This document shows positions 50,507-63,440 of a stretch of 64,000 bases of DNA, one piece after another; position 1 is the stretch's first letter; the number at the start of each line of letters is the position of its first letter. Source of the stretch: Narcine bancroftii (lineage: Eukaryota); the NCBI RefSeq assembly GCF_036971445.1, contig NC_091469.1, positions 102,610,001 to 102,674,000 on the forward strand. Direction: 5' to 3'. The notes under the pieces were generated by a model. The model searched no databases, was not told the DNA's origin, and saw nothing but the letters and a program-made list of their open reading frames with translations. Made by a program: the position numbers and the translations under genes.

Positions 50507-50711
50507 TCACTAAAAAGGTTGATGAGCGGAAGGCTGTGGATGTTGTCTATTTGAGGACTTTAGTAAGGCTTTTAACAAATGGTTGGATGGGAGATGCCAG
50601 AGAGTAGTGGTGGAAAATTGTTTGTCGAATTGGAGGCTGGTGACTAGTGGAGTGCCTCAGGGATTGTTACTGGGTCCACTCCTGTTTGTTATGTATATTA
50701 ATGATCTAGAT

Positions 50712-51441
50712 CACACATGTCAAACTCAAGCCCGCGGGCCAAATTTGGCCCGTGATATAATTATATTTGGCCCGCAAGATCATATCAAATATGTATTAGA
50801 GCTGGCCCACTAGCCGCCGCGCCAGTATAGCGCATGTACAGCTAATACTACAAATCCCAGAATGCTTTGCAAATGCGTTGACGCCAGCCCGTCAGCCCGC
50901 TAATCGCCCCCACCTTCTCTCTTTACTTTCATTAGCATCTGCGACCTGTCGCCAAACTCACACGTAATAAACCCCTTACGAAAAATGGCCAAACGAAAGT
51001 CAGAAAACAGGACCTTTCAAGACAGGTGGGAGGCAGACTATATGTTCATCATTTTAAAAGACAAACCTGTTTGTCTTGTGTGTGGAGCCAACGTGTCTGT
51101 AGTTAAAGAATATAACATACGACAACACTATGAAACGAAACACCAGGACAAGTACAAGGATCTGAACGAGAAGTAAAAGCTCCAGAAGGTGGAGGAGATG
51201 AAAAGAAGTCTGGTTTTACAGTAAATTTATTTTATATTTTATTTCTCATTTGTTAATGCTTCTTCTGGAAAGAATTTAACCAAAACTATTATTAAACATT
51301 TATTTTAATAAGAAAAAGTTTAACATTACATATGTTGAAAGAAGAGAAAACATGCAGATGTTGTTGAAAATTTTCAATAAATATTTAGTTAGTCCAAGTT
51401 TTTAATTTTGGCCCTCTGTGAATTTGAGTTTGACACCCCTG
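50712..51441 (+). mobile_element. Internally deleted hAT (Charlie/Buster/SPIN-like) transposon
   Basis: Perfect 8-bp TSD ATCTAGAT, TIR core TGTCAAACTC / GAGTTTGACA, and a BED-finger ORF at 50985-51176 (PVCLVC...EYNIRQHYETKH). Confidence 0.92.
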
Positions 51442-54400
51442 ATCTAGATGATAGGGTGGCAAATTGGATTAGTAAATTTGCAGATGATACAAAGGTTGGC
51501 TGTGTTGTGAACAGTGAAGAAGATTATCAAAGCTTACAGGAGGATATAGGACAGTTAAAAGAGTGGGCTAGAAGATGGCAGATGGAGTTTAATACTGATA
51601 GATGTGATGTGCTACATTTTGGTAGGGCTAATCAAACCAGGACATAGACGTGAAGTGGTAGACAACTGAGGAGTGCAGTGGAACCTTTGCAGTTGTTGTA
51701 GGAGTCATGGTACATAATTCTCTGAAAGTTGAATCACATGTAGATAGGGTGGTGAAGAAGGCATTTGGTTTGTTGGCTTTCATAAATCAGGGTATTGAAT
51801 ACAAGAGTTGGGATGTTATGTAGAAATTGTATAAGGCATTGGTGAGGCCAAATATGGAATACTGTGTGCAGTTTTGGTCGCCGAATTATAGGAAGGATAT
51901 AAACAGAATAGAGAGAGTGCAGAGGAGGTTTACAAGAATGTTGCCAGGGTTTCAGGATTTGAGTTACGGGGAAAAGTTGAGCAAGTTGGAACTTTATTCC
52001 CTGGTGCGTAGACAATTGAGGGATAATTTAATAGAGGTATTCAAAATTATAAGGGGGACAGATAGAGTCAACGTGGATAAACTTTTTCCATTGAGAGTGG
52101 GGAAAATTCAAACAAAAGGGCGTGTAAGATGTAACAAAAGAGTGTAAAATGGGAAAAGTTTAGGGGGATCATGAGAGGGAATTTCTTCACATAGAGGGTC
52201 GTGGGGGTGTGGAATGAACTTCCGGGAGAGGTGGCAGAAGTGAGATCGATGTTAATATTTAAGGAAAAGTTGGATAGGAGAGGTATGGAAGGTTATGGGA
52301 CGAATGCAGGCCAGTGGGACTAGGTGGGAGAAATTGTTCAGCATGGACTAGAAGGACCAAACTGGCCTATTTCTGTGCTGTTAATGGTTATATGGTGTAT
52401 GAGAGGGCTCGCAAGAGTTCCCTTGGGATCAAGGACATTGTAAATACTACAAATAGTTCTCTAATTGTTAACAAAAGGGTTCGTACTTTGGATTTAACAC
52501 TGGCATCTGTTATTTCTCTCTGGGTCTAATAAGATGAAGCTTGTATTCCACACAACGCGTGCACAGCACAAACATTTGGCACATTTACAACATTTTGGCA
52601 ATGAGGAGACAGCTTCAGTCACAATGGAACAGTTGCAGGCTGTCCTCAAGCAGCAGCAGGAAAACTTTGAAAAACAGGCAAGGCCAATTGACCAGCTGGA
52701 AGAAAAAATGTCCGTTGGGACTTCAGCCGTTGTAGAAATCTGAAGTCGATTCAAATTCGGCGGATGGTTTAATAAGCTCTATCACTGAGTTCTCATTTGA
52801 CCCAGAGTCAAGCATGTTTGAAACTTGATTTAAAAAGCATGAAGACTTGCTTGCAGTCAACTTTGCCAAGTTCAATGATGCGTGGAAAATTAGGCTGTTG
52901 TTGCGAGAATACAACTGCTATACAAACTTCATTCTGCCAAAATTTCCCCGTGAGCTCAGCTGCAGGGAAACACTTGACATGTTGGCAGAGATATTTGGTG
53001 AACAGACATCACTGTTCAACATTTGGTATCAGTGCCTCAAAATGACTAAAGATACATACCGAAGATTTTGTAACATATGCGGGTATGATGAATTGACAGT
53101 GCAAGTGTTTTAAACTCCCTACACTGAATGAAGACCAGTTTAAGTGTTTAGTCTTTGTAGCGGGAATGCAGTCGCACCAAGATGCCAACCTCAAAATGCA
53201 TTTCCTAGTGAAGATAGAGTCAGATATGACTCTTCAAAGATTAACAGCCGAATGCCAAAACTTAATTAATCTGAAGCATGACAGCAAAATGTGGAAGCAT
53301 ACCAATCGTCAAGCAGTTGTGTCCAGACAGTCAAATCAGCAGACCTCACTAGACAAAAGTGTGATCCACCCAACAAAACCACCCAGCGCCTGTTGGAACT
53401 GCAATGAGAGGCACTACGCTTGTGACTGCCCATACAGACATTAATGCTGCAGTAAATGCAAGCACCTGGGGAAATAAAGCAAAATGCTGTAGAGCTGGAA
53501 GATGGAAAACACCTGATAAGTTCACTTCACCCTCAAAAATGAAACATACCACAGCTACTTTCAAGGTGGCTAATGCCAAATGTAGGGAATGTGTGAAAGT
53601 GCAAATTAATGGCATCCCAGTGAGGCTTCAAATTGATACAGGGTATGAAATTAAAATAATATTATCAAAGAAAATGTGGAAACTGATTGATCACCTAGAG
53701 GCAAATTCAACTGAAAAAACGGTATGGAACACTTCTGGGGTGGGTGGTGGGGGGGGGTGTGGAAGAGGGATTCTGGAGTTGTTAGGTTCAGTTGACTCTT
53801 CCGTCAGCTTAAACAGCACAGGAGAAAATGGAATATGTTATCTGATAAAACCTCCTAACCTTGATCTCATGGGTCTCCACTGGATCAAAAGGTGAAACCT
53901 TCTGGACCAACTACTCAACAATATTTGCCACAAGTTACAAGTGGCACATACCCCACAAGCAGCAAATACCCTGCAAAAGTTGCTGGTACAGCTAAAGCAA
54001 TGCCACGCAATGGTATTTTCCGAAGACCTTGGACGGAGCACTAAAACGTGAAACCGACTTTCAAGCCACAACTGCACTCTGCAAAAAGTGGAGCAAGAAT
54101 AGGAATGGCTAAAACATGAAGGATTAATTGAACAGGTCGACTACCCATCATGGGCTGCACCTATTGTGGTGGTTGGGGGTGCGGGGGGGGAGGGAGGTGT
54201 CGAATGGCTCCATGTCTGTGATGATTTCTTTGCTGGTCTGAAAGCAGCATTGGACACCCATCAATACCCACTGCCATTGCCTGATGACCTCTTCACTAAG
54301 CTGAGTGGTGGCAAATGCTTTGTGAAGATCAACTTAGCAGAGGCTTATTTACAGGTGAATCCAGAGAATTGCTAACCATCAACACACACTGTGGACTGTT

Positions 54401-56947
54401 CAGATTCACCTGTCTCCCATTTGGAGTTAAGACTGCTCCAGCTATCTTTCAACAGATCACAGACACGATGCTGAATGATGTTCCGGGAATTGTAGTGTAC
54501 CTAGATGACATCCTGGTAATGGGAGCAAGCACATGCTCAAGAATTGTTTGATTGTCTTGATTGTGTTTTGTCCCGCATCAAAGACTACATTTTTTAAGTG
54601 CATCCCGAAAAATGCATTTTGTTTCTTCATTGGCAAATGTGGATGATGGGCAGATCCACAAAATGCTGACGCTATCAAACACTTGCCTGCACCCACAGAT
54701 GTGACCACGCTACTTTCATTCCTTAGTTTTATCAGACATTACAGTTCATTTCTGCCAGAGATGCACAAACTCCGTGATCCATTTAACAAGCTCCTTACCG
54801 TGGGTAGCAAGTGGAAATGGACATTAAAATATTAAGAGTCGTTCAATTGAGCTAAGTCAATGCTAAACTCGAACCTTCTTTTGATGCCCTACGATCCAAA
54901 CTTGGAGATTGTCATAGCTTTGGATGCATCACAGGGCAGTCATTTCTCACATTTTCCCCAGATGGTATTCAAAAGGCCATAGCACACAGCACACTCTCTA
55001 ACAACAGCAGAGTGTAACTATGGACAAATTGAAAAGGAAGCTCTAGCAATTATTTTTGCAGTGAAGAAATTTGCCTATGGACAGCAATTTACTTTTCTGC
55101 TCAAAGAAAGGAATTCTCATTTACGCAGCAAACGTCTGCAAAGGTGGGCAACCATGCTACTTGGTTAGGACTTCAAAATTAAATACCTGCCGAACACAAG
55201 TCTCGGACAAGCTGATGTATTGTCACACTTATTAGCGAGCAGGAAACAGAGTCAGAAGATATTCTTGTTGTGGAACTCTCTGCAGAGGCAGAGGTCAACC
55301 TGGAATTCAAAGATGTTATCAACTCACTGCCGGTCACAGCAGAAAGAGTCAGACAAGCAACGAGCAAAGATGACCTCCTACAAGAGGTAATGCATTATCA
55401 TTGTTCAAGGGGGCCAAAAGCTTGTCCATGAATGGAAATCCAGCCATTCTTCAAAAGACCAGAATCATTGATAACCATCAATGACCGTCTTTTGTTTGCA
55501 GAAAGGATTGCAATTCCCCAAGTTCTACAATCCTCAAACCATTTCACAGTGGACATCCTGGAACGAATTGAGGGAAAGCACTTGCATGACGCCAAGTTTA
55601 TTGGCCTCTGATAGATGACCAGATTGAACAACTGACATGGTCATTCATCCTATGTGCCTAGGCTGCGAAATTCCCTTTTAAAACTAATCTACGTTCCTGG
55701 CCTCAACCAAGCGAGCCATGGAATTGACTTCATATTGACTATGCAGGACCAATTAATGGGGAGTACTACCTAATCATAGTGGACGGATACTCCAAATACC
55801 CTGCGATCATCAAAGTAGCCCGACCAACTGCATCGGCTACAATGATGGAACTCAAGTCCATATTCAATCACTTTGGTTCTCCTGTAATATTAGTTTCAGA
55901 TAATGGAAACTTTTTTGTGGAAAGCAATACAGCATCATGCATATTCGCTTGCCTCCCTATCATCCTCAGTTCAATGGTCAAGCAGAACGTTTTGTGGACA
56001 CATTCAGACGAACTCTGAACAAGGCCAAGGAGGAGGGTCCAATGGAGGAGATCCTGCAGACATTCTTGTTTAATTACAGGATCACTCCAACCCCTCGAAT
56101 TCCACGTGGCACTTCATCTGCTGAATATCTCTTTGGAAGGAAAATATGAGCACCGCATGATGTCACATTTCCATAAAGACCAGAATCTGGACTGAGAGAT
56201 TATGATATGGAACATCTGTACAATCGCTGGCATGAATCTAAAGAAGGCACTTTTCATGATGGTCAATGTGTGTTGGTGCAGAAATACAGAGATAAGTCAG
56301 ATGTATGGCAGAAAAATTGGAGATGTTCTCTACCATGAACAAGTTGGGCCATACATGCCAACCAGTTGAAACTAACAGAATGCAACCTCACTGAAGCAAT
56401 ATTTGCGCAACTCATCCTGAATGCCCTGTTGGACATATTTGAACTTCAGAAACAAGTGAACCACCAATCACACAGAAACGAGCCTAAGCCCTCTACATTA
56501 TAAGTGTCTCAAAGAGTTTGGAGACCAATGAAGCTCTTCGAAGTGGATCCCAGACTTGACGCATATGAGTAACTAGCTCACAAGGGAGGTGCTAGGATGC
56601 CCTAACCAAAGCAACCCCACTGTCGCCAGGAGTAAAGGTGTTATCGGGACTTGAGCCATTAATCAACTAATCCAACCACAAGTGTGTGAGATGGCTTGCG
56701 AGAGTTCTCTTGGGACCAAGGGCATTGTACATACTATAAAGAGTTCTCTAATTGTAAATAAAAGGGTTTGTTCTTTGGATTTGGGTAAACACCGGTGTTC
56801 GTCGTTTCTCTTTGGGTCGAACGAGGTGAAAGCTTGTATTCCACACAACTCGTGCACAGCACAAACATTAAGCAGATCCACAACACCTTTTCTCACCTGC
56901 ACACTACTGTGATGCACAAGAGTCACCAGCCAGCCCTATGTACTCAC

Positions 56948-57108
56948 CGTGGCCAAATCCTTTTGATTCATTCCCATATTTTGTCGCCCCTGTTGGATCA
57001 GTTTGCCAACAGTGAGTGACACGCGCTCGTGATGCAACTCCTCTGTTTCCCGGTCCAGTTTTGCAGTGTTCTTAGTTATAGTGTGTTGTTTATTTTGTCC
57101 TGCAGCCC
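56948..57108 (-). CDS. EDF1: EDF1 coding exon 3
   Basis: Acceptor tgttctcag, donor ACG|gtgagt. Encodes (W)[53 protein letters not shown], 161 nt. Confidence 0.97.
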
Positions 57109-58600
57109 CTGAGAACACAAAGTAGAGGTGTCCTTCAGTCAGTCACAACATCTACTCAGTACTCAACGGTGAATTTCCATCCAGCCCATCTAGTAAAAAT
57201 CCTTAATCCTTCACAGGACAGATATAGCCTAATTAAGATTGAAGCTTTCTCTGAGTCGTCTCATTCATACCCAGGGCAGATATGGGAAGGATCAGAAACA
57301 AAGTTCCTTCTGCATCTTCCAATGAAATCCTCACAAAGCAGGCCATCCCTCCAATGGGAAATGAAAAGCAAAAAACCCCAGATGCTGGAAAATCAGAAAT
57401 TATTTCTTTATGTATTAATGTCTTTCCCATGTCTCAGTTCAGTCGTGATTTTTAATAACGTCGCTTCATGCAACTTAAATTCTCTCTCAGTTGCTGGTTG
57501 TTGTTTATTTCCCAGCAGTAGAACATTTACAGGTCTGACTTTTAACTGATTATTCAGATTTGCCTTTTCATAAACAAAGTGCACAAGAGGGGGCTGTGGA
57601 GATAAAGGCGAGAGGGAAATCCAGAAATGTACAGATCAAATAGCTCATTGTCTATTGAGAATGAAGGTAAAGATGACAAACACCATGGAAGTTTCCAGTT
57701 TGACAAGTGTCTCAGATTATTAACAGATACATTCTGCTTGATGAACTACAATTGAACAACACTAGAATTTTTTTTAAAAGCCTTGAAAGTGACCAAGTAG
57801 TCATCAGGATACACGAATGTTAAATGCAGGGATTATCAGAAGGCAATTGTTCTAACTGCAAATGCCACATTAGTGCCTCGATGGGCTGGGTGGCCAGAGA
57901 CTGCACTGTGGATGCTCAGGTATTCCTATTGGCAGCATTTGACAAGTGGCCATAAAAAAAATTATCCTACTTATAAATGGTTCAAATAACAGAAAAATCC
58001 ATTCAAGATTCAGAAATGTCAATGTGAGCAGTAATGGTGAAAGAACTTAATGAGAACCAAATATCAAAAGATTATATCAATAAGGGAAACTGTAGATGAA
58101 GGATCTCAGTGTCGGCAAATGTAGTCATTTATTTTGAGACCTACAAAGATAAAGCAGAGAACATTCTTTAAAAAAAAATGGAAAAACTAGATACAGTGAA
58201 GCTGTATACAGATCTTGGGTTCATTATGTAAAATATGAAAAAAATAATCAAAAACTGAGAGAACAGCTCTCAACTGCAGGGCATTATACAGTGAATGATA
58301 ATGTACAGGTAAGTGGCTTGATACAAAGAATTGGAATGCATGGACACTGCTTGGAGGTAGTCAGGAAACACCTCTATACCTTTAGAGTGGTTCGAGCAGA
58401 GTACTCTCTCCTCCAAACAACCAAAGATGCAAGGTCATTTGTTAATTTTGTTAATCAAAGTTAAGAGACAAGGAAGAAAGACCATAAATATAGAATACTG
58501 TCAGAAATGAGGTATAATAGATGAGGAACAGGGGTTAATCAAGCAATTAAATACCCCACATTTCTAGAAATAGCAAGGTGCAATTATTAAATGTACTTAC

Positions 58601-58652
58601 ATTTTTTTGTTGTCTCTACATCTTCTCCTCTGCGTTGGGCAGATGTAATTGC
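58601..58652 (-). CDS. EDF1: EDF1 coding exon 2
   Basis: Acceptor tttttccctag, donor T|gtaagt. Encodes AITSAQRRGEDVETTKK, 52 nt. Confidence 0.96.
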
Positions 58653-58799
58653 CTAGGGAAAAAGAAAGTAAAGTAAAAAATCAAGACAAGGCATAAAATC
58701 ATTGCCAACTTCCTACCAAATCCACTTTCCTCAATGCCCATTATTCCTTTACTATCCAAAAACCCTCAGTTTATAGCCCTGAATAGTGCTCTAGCTACA

Positions 58800-59960
58800 C
58801 CCAGGAAAGACAAACATACCAAAGTACCCATCCCACCCAGATGTATTCATCTCCTGCAAGTTCAAAAGTGTTGTGGGGGGGGGGGGGGGGGGGAAGGAAA
58901 AATGCACACCAACAGGCTTATAACCAGTTTCTTTCCCACAGCCATTAGGCTCCTATTGAAGGAACCTATCAATAGTGTTCTTGTACTGCCCTTGTTATGC
59001 TCATCTTTTGATTCTAACTCTTTCCAGTCCAAGATGGTGGTGCAACAGCAGTCCACAGCTGCCTCTCCGGATCTAGTGTTACAGCGACTCACCAATTAGG
59101 CACTGTGGACAACCACTGATGGGATGATGCCGGACACTGGAACACTGAGATGGGTGTTGCAAGTCAAGAGATCAAACAAGAAGCAGACGCCCGAAAGTCA
59201 CTGAGAAGATGGGCAGACTTGATGTCTGAGACCAGACCACTGGTATGGTGATGTGGGACCGCAGCCCTCAAGTGTCAGAGGCAGGGGTGTGGCTGCCAGG
59301 GTCTCCACCATCAGAGTTGGCAGTGCAATCACCTGCAGTCGGCGGTGACTTGAAGAGTTGGAGTTGGCGGTGTTGCTGCCAATGGACAAGATGATGATGT
59401 TGGAGGAGGTGTTCTGAGGCATCCAGAGCAGTGGGCTGTGCCCCAGTTCAGGGATGTGTCAGCATGGATCGTGGGGTCTATTGATGGACAATGCCAAGGC
59501 TTAAGGACTACGAAGCGTCTGTGAATTGGGTGGTGGTTTCACTACAAGCTGGCGGACTCTTTTTAACATTAGTGGTCCAGCCTTCAAATCCTGGCCTTCG
59601 ATGGCAGCAGGCCGCAGCAGCCTCTTTGGACAAGGGCGATAGTTAACTACAATCTGAGCCCACTGCCTAGTCTCTATTAATATATTGTAACACTTTTTTT
59701 ATATATTCTAAAAAGTTTGTGTAATTGTAGTTTGTAAGTGTAAGAGGACTAGTTTAATTTATGATGTTTGATTCCTGTGAGGATAGAGACTGTGGTTTCA
59801 ATATGGCGGCACAGTTGCTCGCAGTGGCCTCTTGGATATGGTACTATTATATACCTTGCTGTGTTGTAGTCCTATATGTTCTTTATGTAGCACTTTGGTG
59901 TTGGAGCATGTTGTGTATTTTTTTTTTAAGTCTACTGTTTTAAAGTGACAAAGAAGGGTA
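58800..59960 (+). mobile_element. Rex1/Babar-like LINE 3' remnants
   Basis: TNRLITSFFPTAIRLL C-terminal motif and a degenerate TGACAAA-type tail near 59945. Confidence 0.55.
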
Positions 59961-60369
59961 CTTGAACTTGAATTCCCCACAAATATCCAGCCACTAAATT
60001 TTATTATTTTCAGCCAGTCTCTCAACAGCTAGCATCTCAATCCCCCTCAGAATTTTGTGTCTCAATAAATATTTTGGAGTGAAATTACAGTCAAACCACA
60101 GCTTGGGAGGTGAAAAAGGAACGTACATTGGTATCTGCAAGAGATGTCAATGCATGTTGGAGACAACTTCCCTGTAGTCCAGTGGCCATGTTTAGAGATT
60201 TCAAATTTGATAAATATCCCTGGTGTACATGTGACCTGCCCAGCATTGAAATATTCAGTATGGCCTGTTACACTGGCGTCCAGTAACCTTTGTGTGGTCA
60301 AATAAAAATAATGGCTCATACCAATATTGATGTCATCTTGATCTTTCAATTTCCAACCTGTGTCAAGAA

Positions 60370-61110
60370 TCTTGGGATAGTCAGCATGACATTATCGTAA
60401 GCATGGAAAAAAAAAATCACTCCTCACAAATTTGATAAGAATTTTTTTTTTGAAGAGGTGACTTAGAGGATTTACATGGACAAGTCAGTAGGCATTGTTA
60501 CTATGGGTTCAGCAAGTGTTTTTTTTTAAGGTCCTGCATGGGAAATTGGTATGGAAGGTTAGAACAAATGGCATTTAGGGTGAGCTAACCAATGGGATAC
60601 AGTATTGGCTTGGTTATGGGAGTCAGAGGGTGGTAGAAAATTTTGGTTAGGATGCAAATGGAATGGTATGTGCAGCTTTAGTTGAACTAGGAAAGTGATG
60701 TGATTAAACTAGGAAAAACGTAGAGAAGATTCACAAGGATGTTACCTGGATTAGAGGGCTTGAGTTATCAGGAGAGATCAAGTAGGCTGGGTCTCTATCC
60801 CTGGAGAAAAGTGGCTGACAGATAACATGATGTATGCATGTACAATTATCGGAGGCACAAATAGGGTAGATAACCAAAGTCTGAATCTAAAACAGATTTA
60901 AGGTGAGGGGAAGAGGTTTAATGGAGATCCAAGGTGTACATTTTTCCAGAGTAGTTGGCATCTGGAATGAGCTGCCAGAAGAGGTGTAAGCATCTGGGTA
61001 CTAGTACTTGAGAGATCAAGGAATATGGAATTAATGCAGGAAAGTGAGAGAGTATTGATAGACTTAATGGTCAGCATAGACATGATAGGCTGAAGAGACT
61101 ATATGACTCT
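60370..61110 (+). mobile_element. Old, internally deleted CR1 fragments
   Basis: Degenerate SQHG/TNL..FFEEVT, RRFTRMLPGLEGLSY and IWNELPEEV segments. Confidence 0.7.
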
Positions 61111-61969
61111 ATAACTTTATAACATCCAATTATAACACTGCAGTTACTCACTAGGCTACTACAAGACCAACTACCAAATCCACAACCTGTTACCAGAAGA
61201 GCAAGGCAGGTGCATGGTAATACACCACCTGCTAACTCAATTCCAGCTCATGCACCATCTTGACTTGAAAATAAATTGCCATTCCTTCAGCATCACCGGG
61301 TCCAAATCCTGAAGCTCTTTCCCCCATAGCTCCGTGGCAGCACCTTCGCATCTCATCACCTTCGAGGATTGTACCAGTTTACCACAGGCAACAAATGCTA
61401 GATGTGCCAGCAACATCCAAATAATTACAGATACTTCGTCATACACTCAGATGCAGCAGCTCTTCAAACATTTTAGAGCATTAAACTAGAAACAGGTTTG
61501 CAATGCCAGTCAGGAGAAGTGTCACACTTGCTCAACACAATCTCTGTGGGTAACAATGAGAATTAGAGGAAGAGGACCTCCCATAATCTCACTGAATAAG
61601 GGAGAACATTATCCTATTCCTGTTTCCATTATAAATGCCTCAATTCATGATCTCACTCACACAGATCTCCGAATAAAAAGGCAACTAAAAACATATCATA
61701 AAGATATGCGCTGCTATACAAAGCTGGCGCTCTTTTGTGGAAGTCTTAATTTGTGTCTATCCTATACTCTTCATGCCAAGGAATGTTTATTTTGGGTAAA
61801 GTTCTCTATACACTGCCATCCAGCCTGTACTGTAACTGTTTAGGTTCATTTTGACATCAATCCTTGCTCCCTTGTGCCATGTGACATTTAAAATTTTCAT
61901 AATTCACCAGAAAAAATATCTAAAAATTTGAAACATCACATACCTAGTAATCCTGGTGCTGCAATAAAT

Positions 61970-62300
61970 GTAGAACATAGGAATTGACAGCACAGTACAA
62001 TGTTGTGTCGACCTAATAACCTACTCTAAAGCAGCCTAGAATTTTCTAACTTCATAATTTTAAAATGTTCTCAGTTCCTTGTATCTATCTATCTAATAAT
62101 CTCAAAAGATCCTATTGTACCTGCTTCCACCACCGTTGCCAGCAGAGCATTCCATACACCTACCACTCGCTGTCGAAAAACTTACCTCTTACACCCTTCC
62201 AGTACTTACTCCCAAGCACCTTAAATTTATGCCCCCTCATATTAACCATTTCAACCCTGGGAAGAAGCCTCTGGCCATCCACACAATCAATCCTTTCATC
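61970..62300 (-). mobile_element. CR1 3' fragment
   Basis: Minus strand VVGVWNALLATVVEAG-like end followed by a CR1-type 3' UTR. Confidence 0.65.
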
Positions 62301-62639
62301 ATTTTATGCTAAAAAAATCAAATATATTTTTGTTTCCATCGTAATGAAGTTATAAAGTACATAAATAAGACACACAACATCAACATAAGCTTGTAGAATG
62401 AGGGACATGGGACAAAATTTGATCTACGTATTGCCATATATTTATACCAACAACCACAATCAGATCGTGGAAAGTTGAGCATCATTCAGAAACTGACACC
62501 ACGAAATGAATTTGAAGACACCTACAGCTGGGAATTTCCCCAGATTCCAGAAAGTTACTGGTTCAAAGCCACCCCACTGCAATGAGTTGAAGAATCTTTG
62601 ACTACGCTTTGGTTGTAGTTAGCCTCTGTATCCTAGAGA

Positions 62640-63260
62640 GAGCAGAAGGAGTCCCCAAGTCTCGGTTGCCTCTTTTCCTGTGCGCTCTGGCAGGGAGGCG
62701 AGATGAAGGAAGGGGGCTATAAAGCGGGAGTGGGGCTGCAGGGTTGAGGAAACGGGCCCGTGAGGCCTGCGCTCGCAGCCACATCAGGACCAATCGTGAG
62801 CAGAGGCCAGCAGAGAACAAGCGCCTAGATCACGGAGCTGGGAACCAGCTCCCGCCCGCTACCTGCTTGGACTTGGCCTGCGCCGCGCTCGGGCCCTTCT
62901 TACGCAGGACTGTCACCGTGTCCCAGTCACTCTCCGCCATCTTCAACCGCCTTTCTGCGCAACCGCTTCAACAAAACTTTATTTAACGAGCACAACTTTA
63001 TTAGAACAAAGCCCGGGCGACCAATCAGAGTGAGCGCTGGGCCGGAAGTGCTGACAGGTCAGAAATTGTCACCTCCTTGTAAAATTAGACTCCTCATGAT
63101 GACATCGCTTCGATAAAAACAGCGTGGACTAAATACTCGTCCATCTCAGTCACAAAACCCTTCGGCCCACCACGCCCCTGCTGACCCGTCTGCCCTGAGT
63201 CCATGTCCCAGCTCTGGCCCCGAGCTTTCCCTAACCATCCCAGGGCGGCAGCAGCGGAGA
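62640..63260 (-). promoter_or_regulatory. CpG-rich EDF1 promoter region
   Basis: The most CpG-dense non-TE stretch of the window. YY1-type CCGCCATCTT (62934-62943), CCAAT (63021) and ETS/GABP CCGGAAGTG (63042-63050). Confidence 0.8.
62863..62940 (-). CDS. EDF1: Endothelial differentiation-related factor 1 (MBF1), coding exon 1
   Basis: AAGATGG Kozak context. Encodes [26 protein letters not shown], donor CAG|gtagcg. The five exons sum to 447 nt (148 aa + stop). Confidence 0.98.
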
Positions 63261-63324
63261 GCAGCACCCATCCCTCTCACAGGATCTCTGGAACCTTTTC
63301 CCCACCCCCGGGATTTAAACAAGA

Positions 63325-63440
63325 AAATCTGACGATGCTGGAGAAACTCCTGACGAAGGGCTCAAGCCCGAAATGTTAACTGCGCCTGACTTTCGATGGA
63401 TGCTGCGGAACCTGCTGAGTTTCTCTGGCTCTTTTGGGTC
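63325..63440 (+). mobile_element. Short Penelope-derived element with hammerhead-ribozyme core
   Basis: CTGACGA-A-GGGCT-CA-AGCCC-GAAA at 63350-63373, inside inverted arms CTGGAGAAACTC / GAGTTTCTCTGG. Confidence 0.6.

Larger units (their letters stand above)
48641..52397 (+). mobile_element. CR1 LINE (endonuclease + RT + 3' tail) nested in the Gypsy 5' LTR
   Basis: YFNVRSIVNK..EL, MGDFN, GSSDHN, GVPQG and KFADDTK motifs; tail ATGGTTATATGG. Confidence 0.95.
48541..56885 (+). mobile_element. Full-length but decayed Gypsy (Mag/K02A2.6-like) retrotransposon in EDF1 intron 3
   Basis: 5' LTR split (48541-48640 and about 52398-52592), 3' LTR 56590-56885, 5-bp TSD CCTTT. PBS relic TGGCAATGAGG (tRNA-Ser-like) and PPT AAGGGAGG. 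Gag, IDTG protease, YLDD RT and integrase (PYHPQFNGQAERFV) relics. Confidence 0.92.

Noticed and set aside
50985-51176. GTF2IRD2/EPM2AIP1-like host gene
   Set aside because: It lies within a TIR- and TSD-bounded deleted hAT transposon and has a premature stop.
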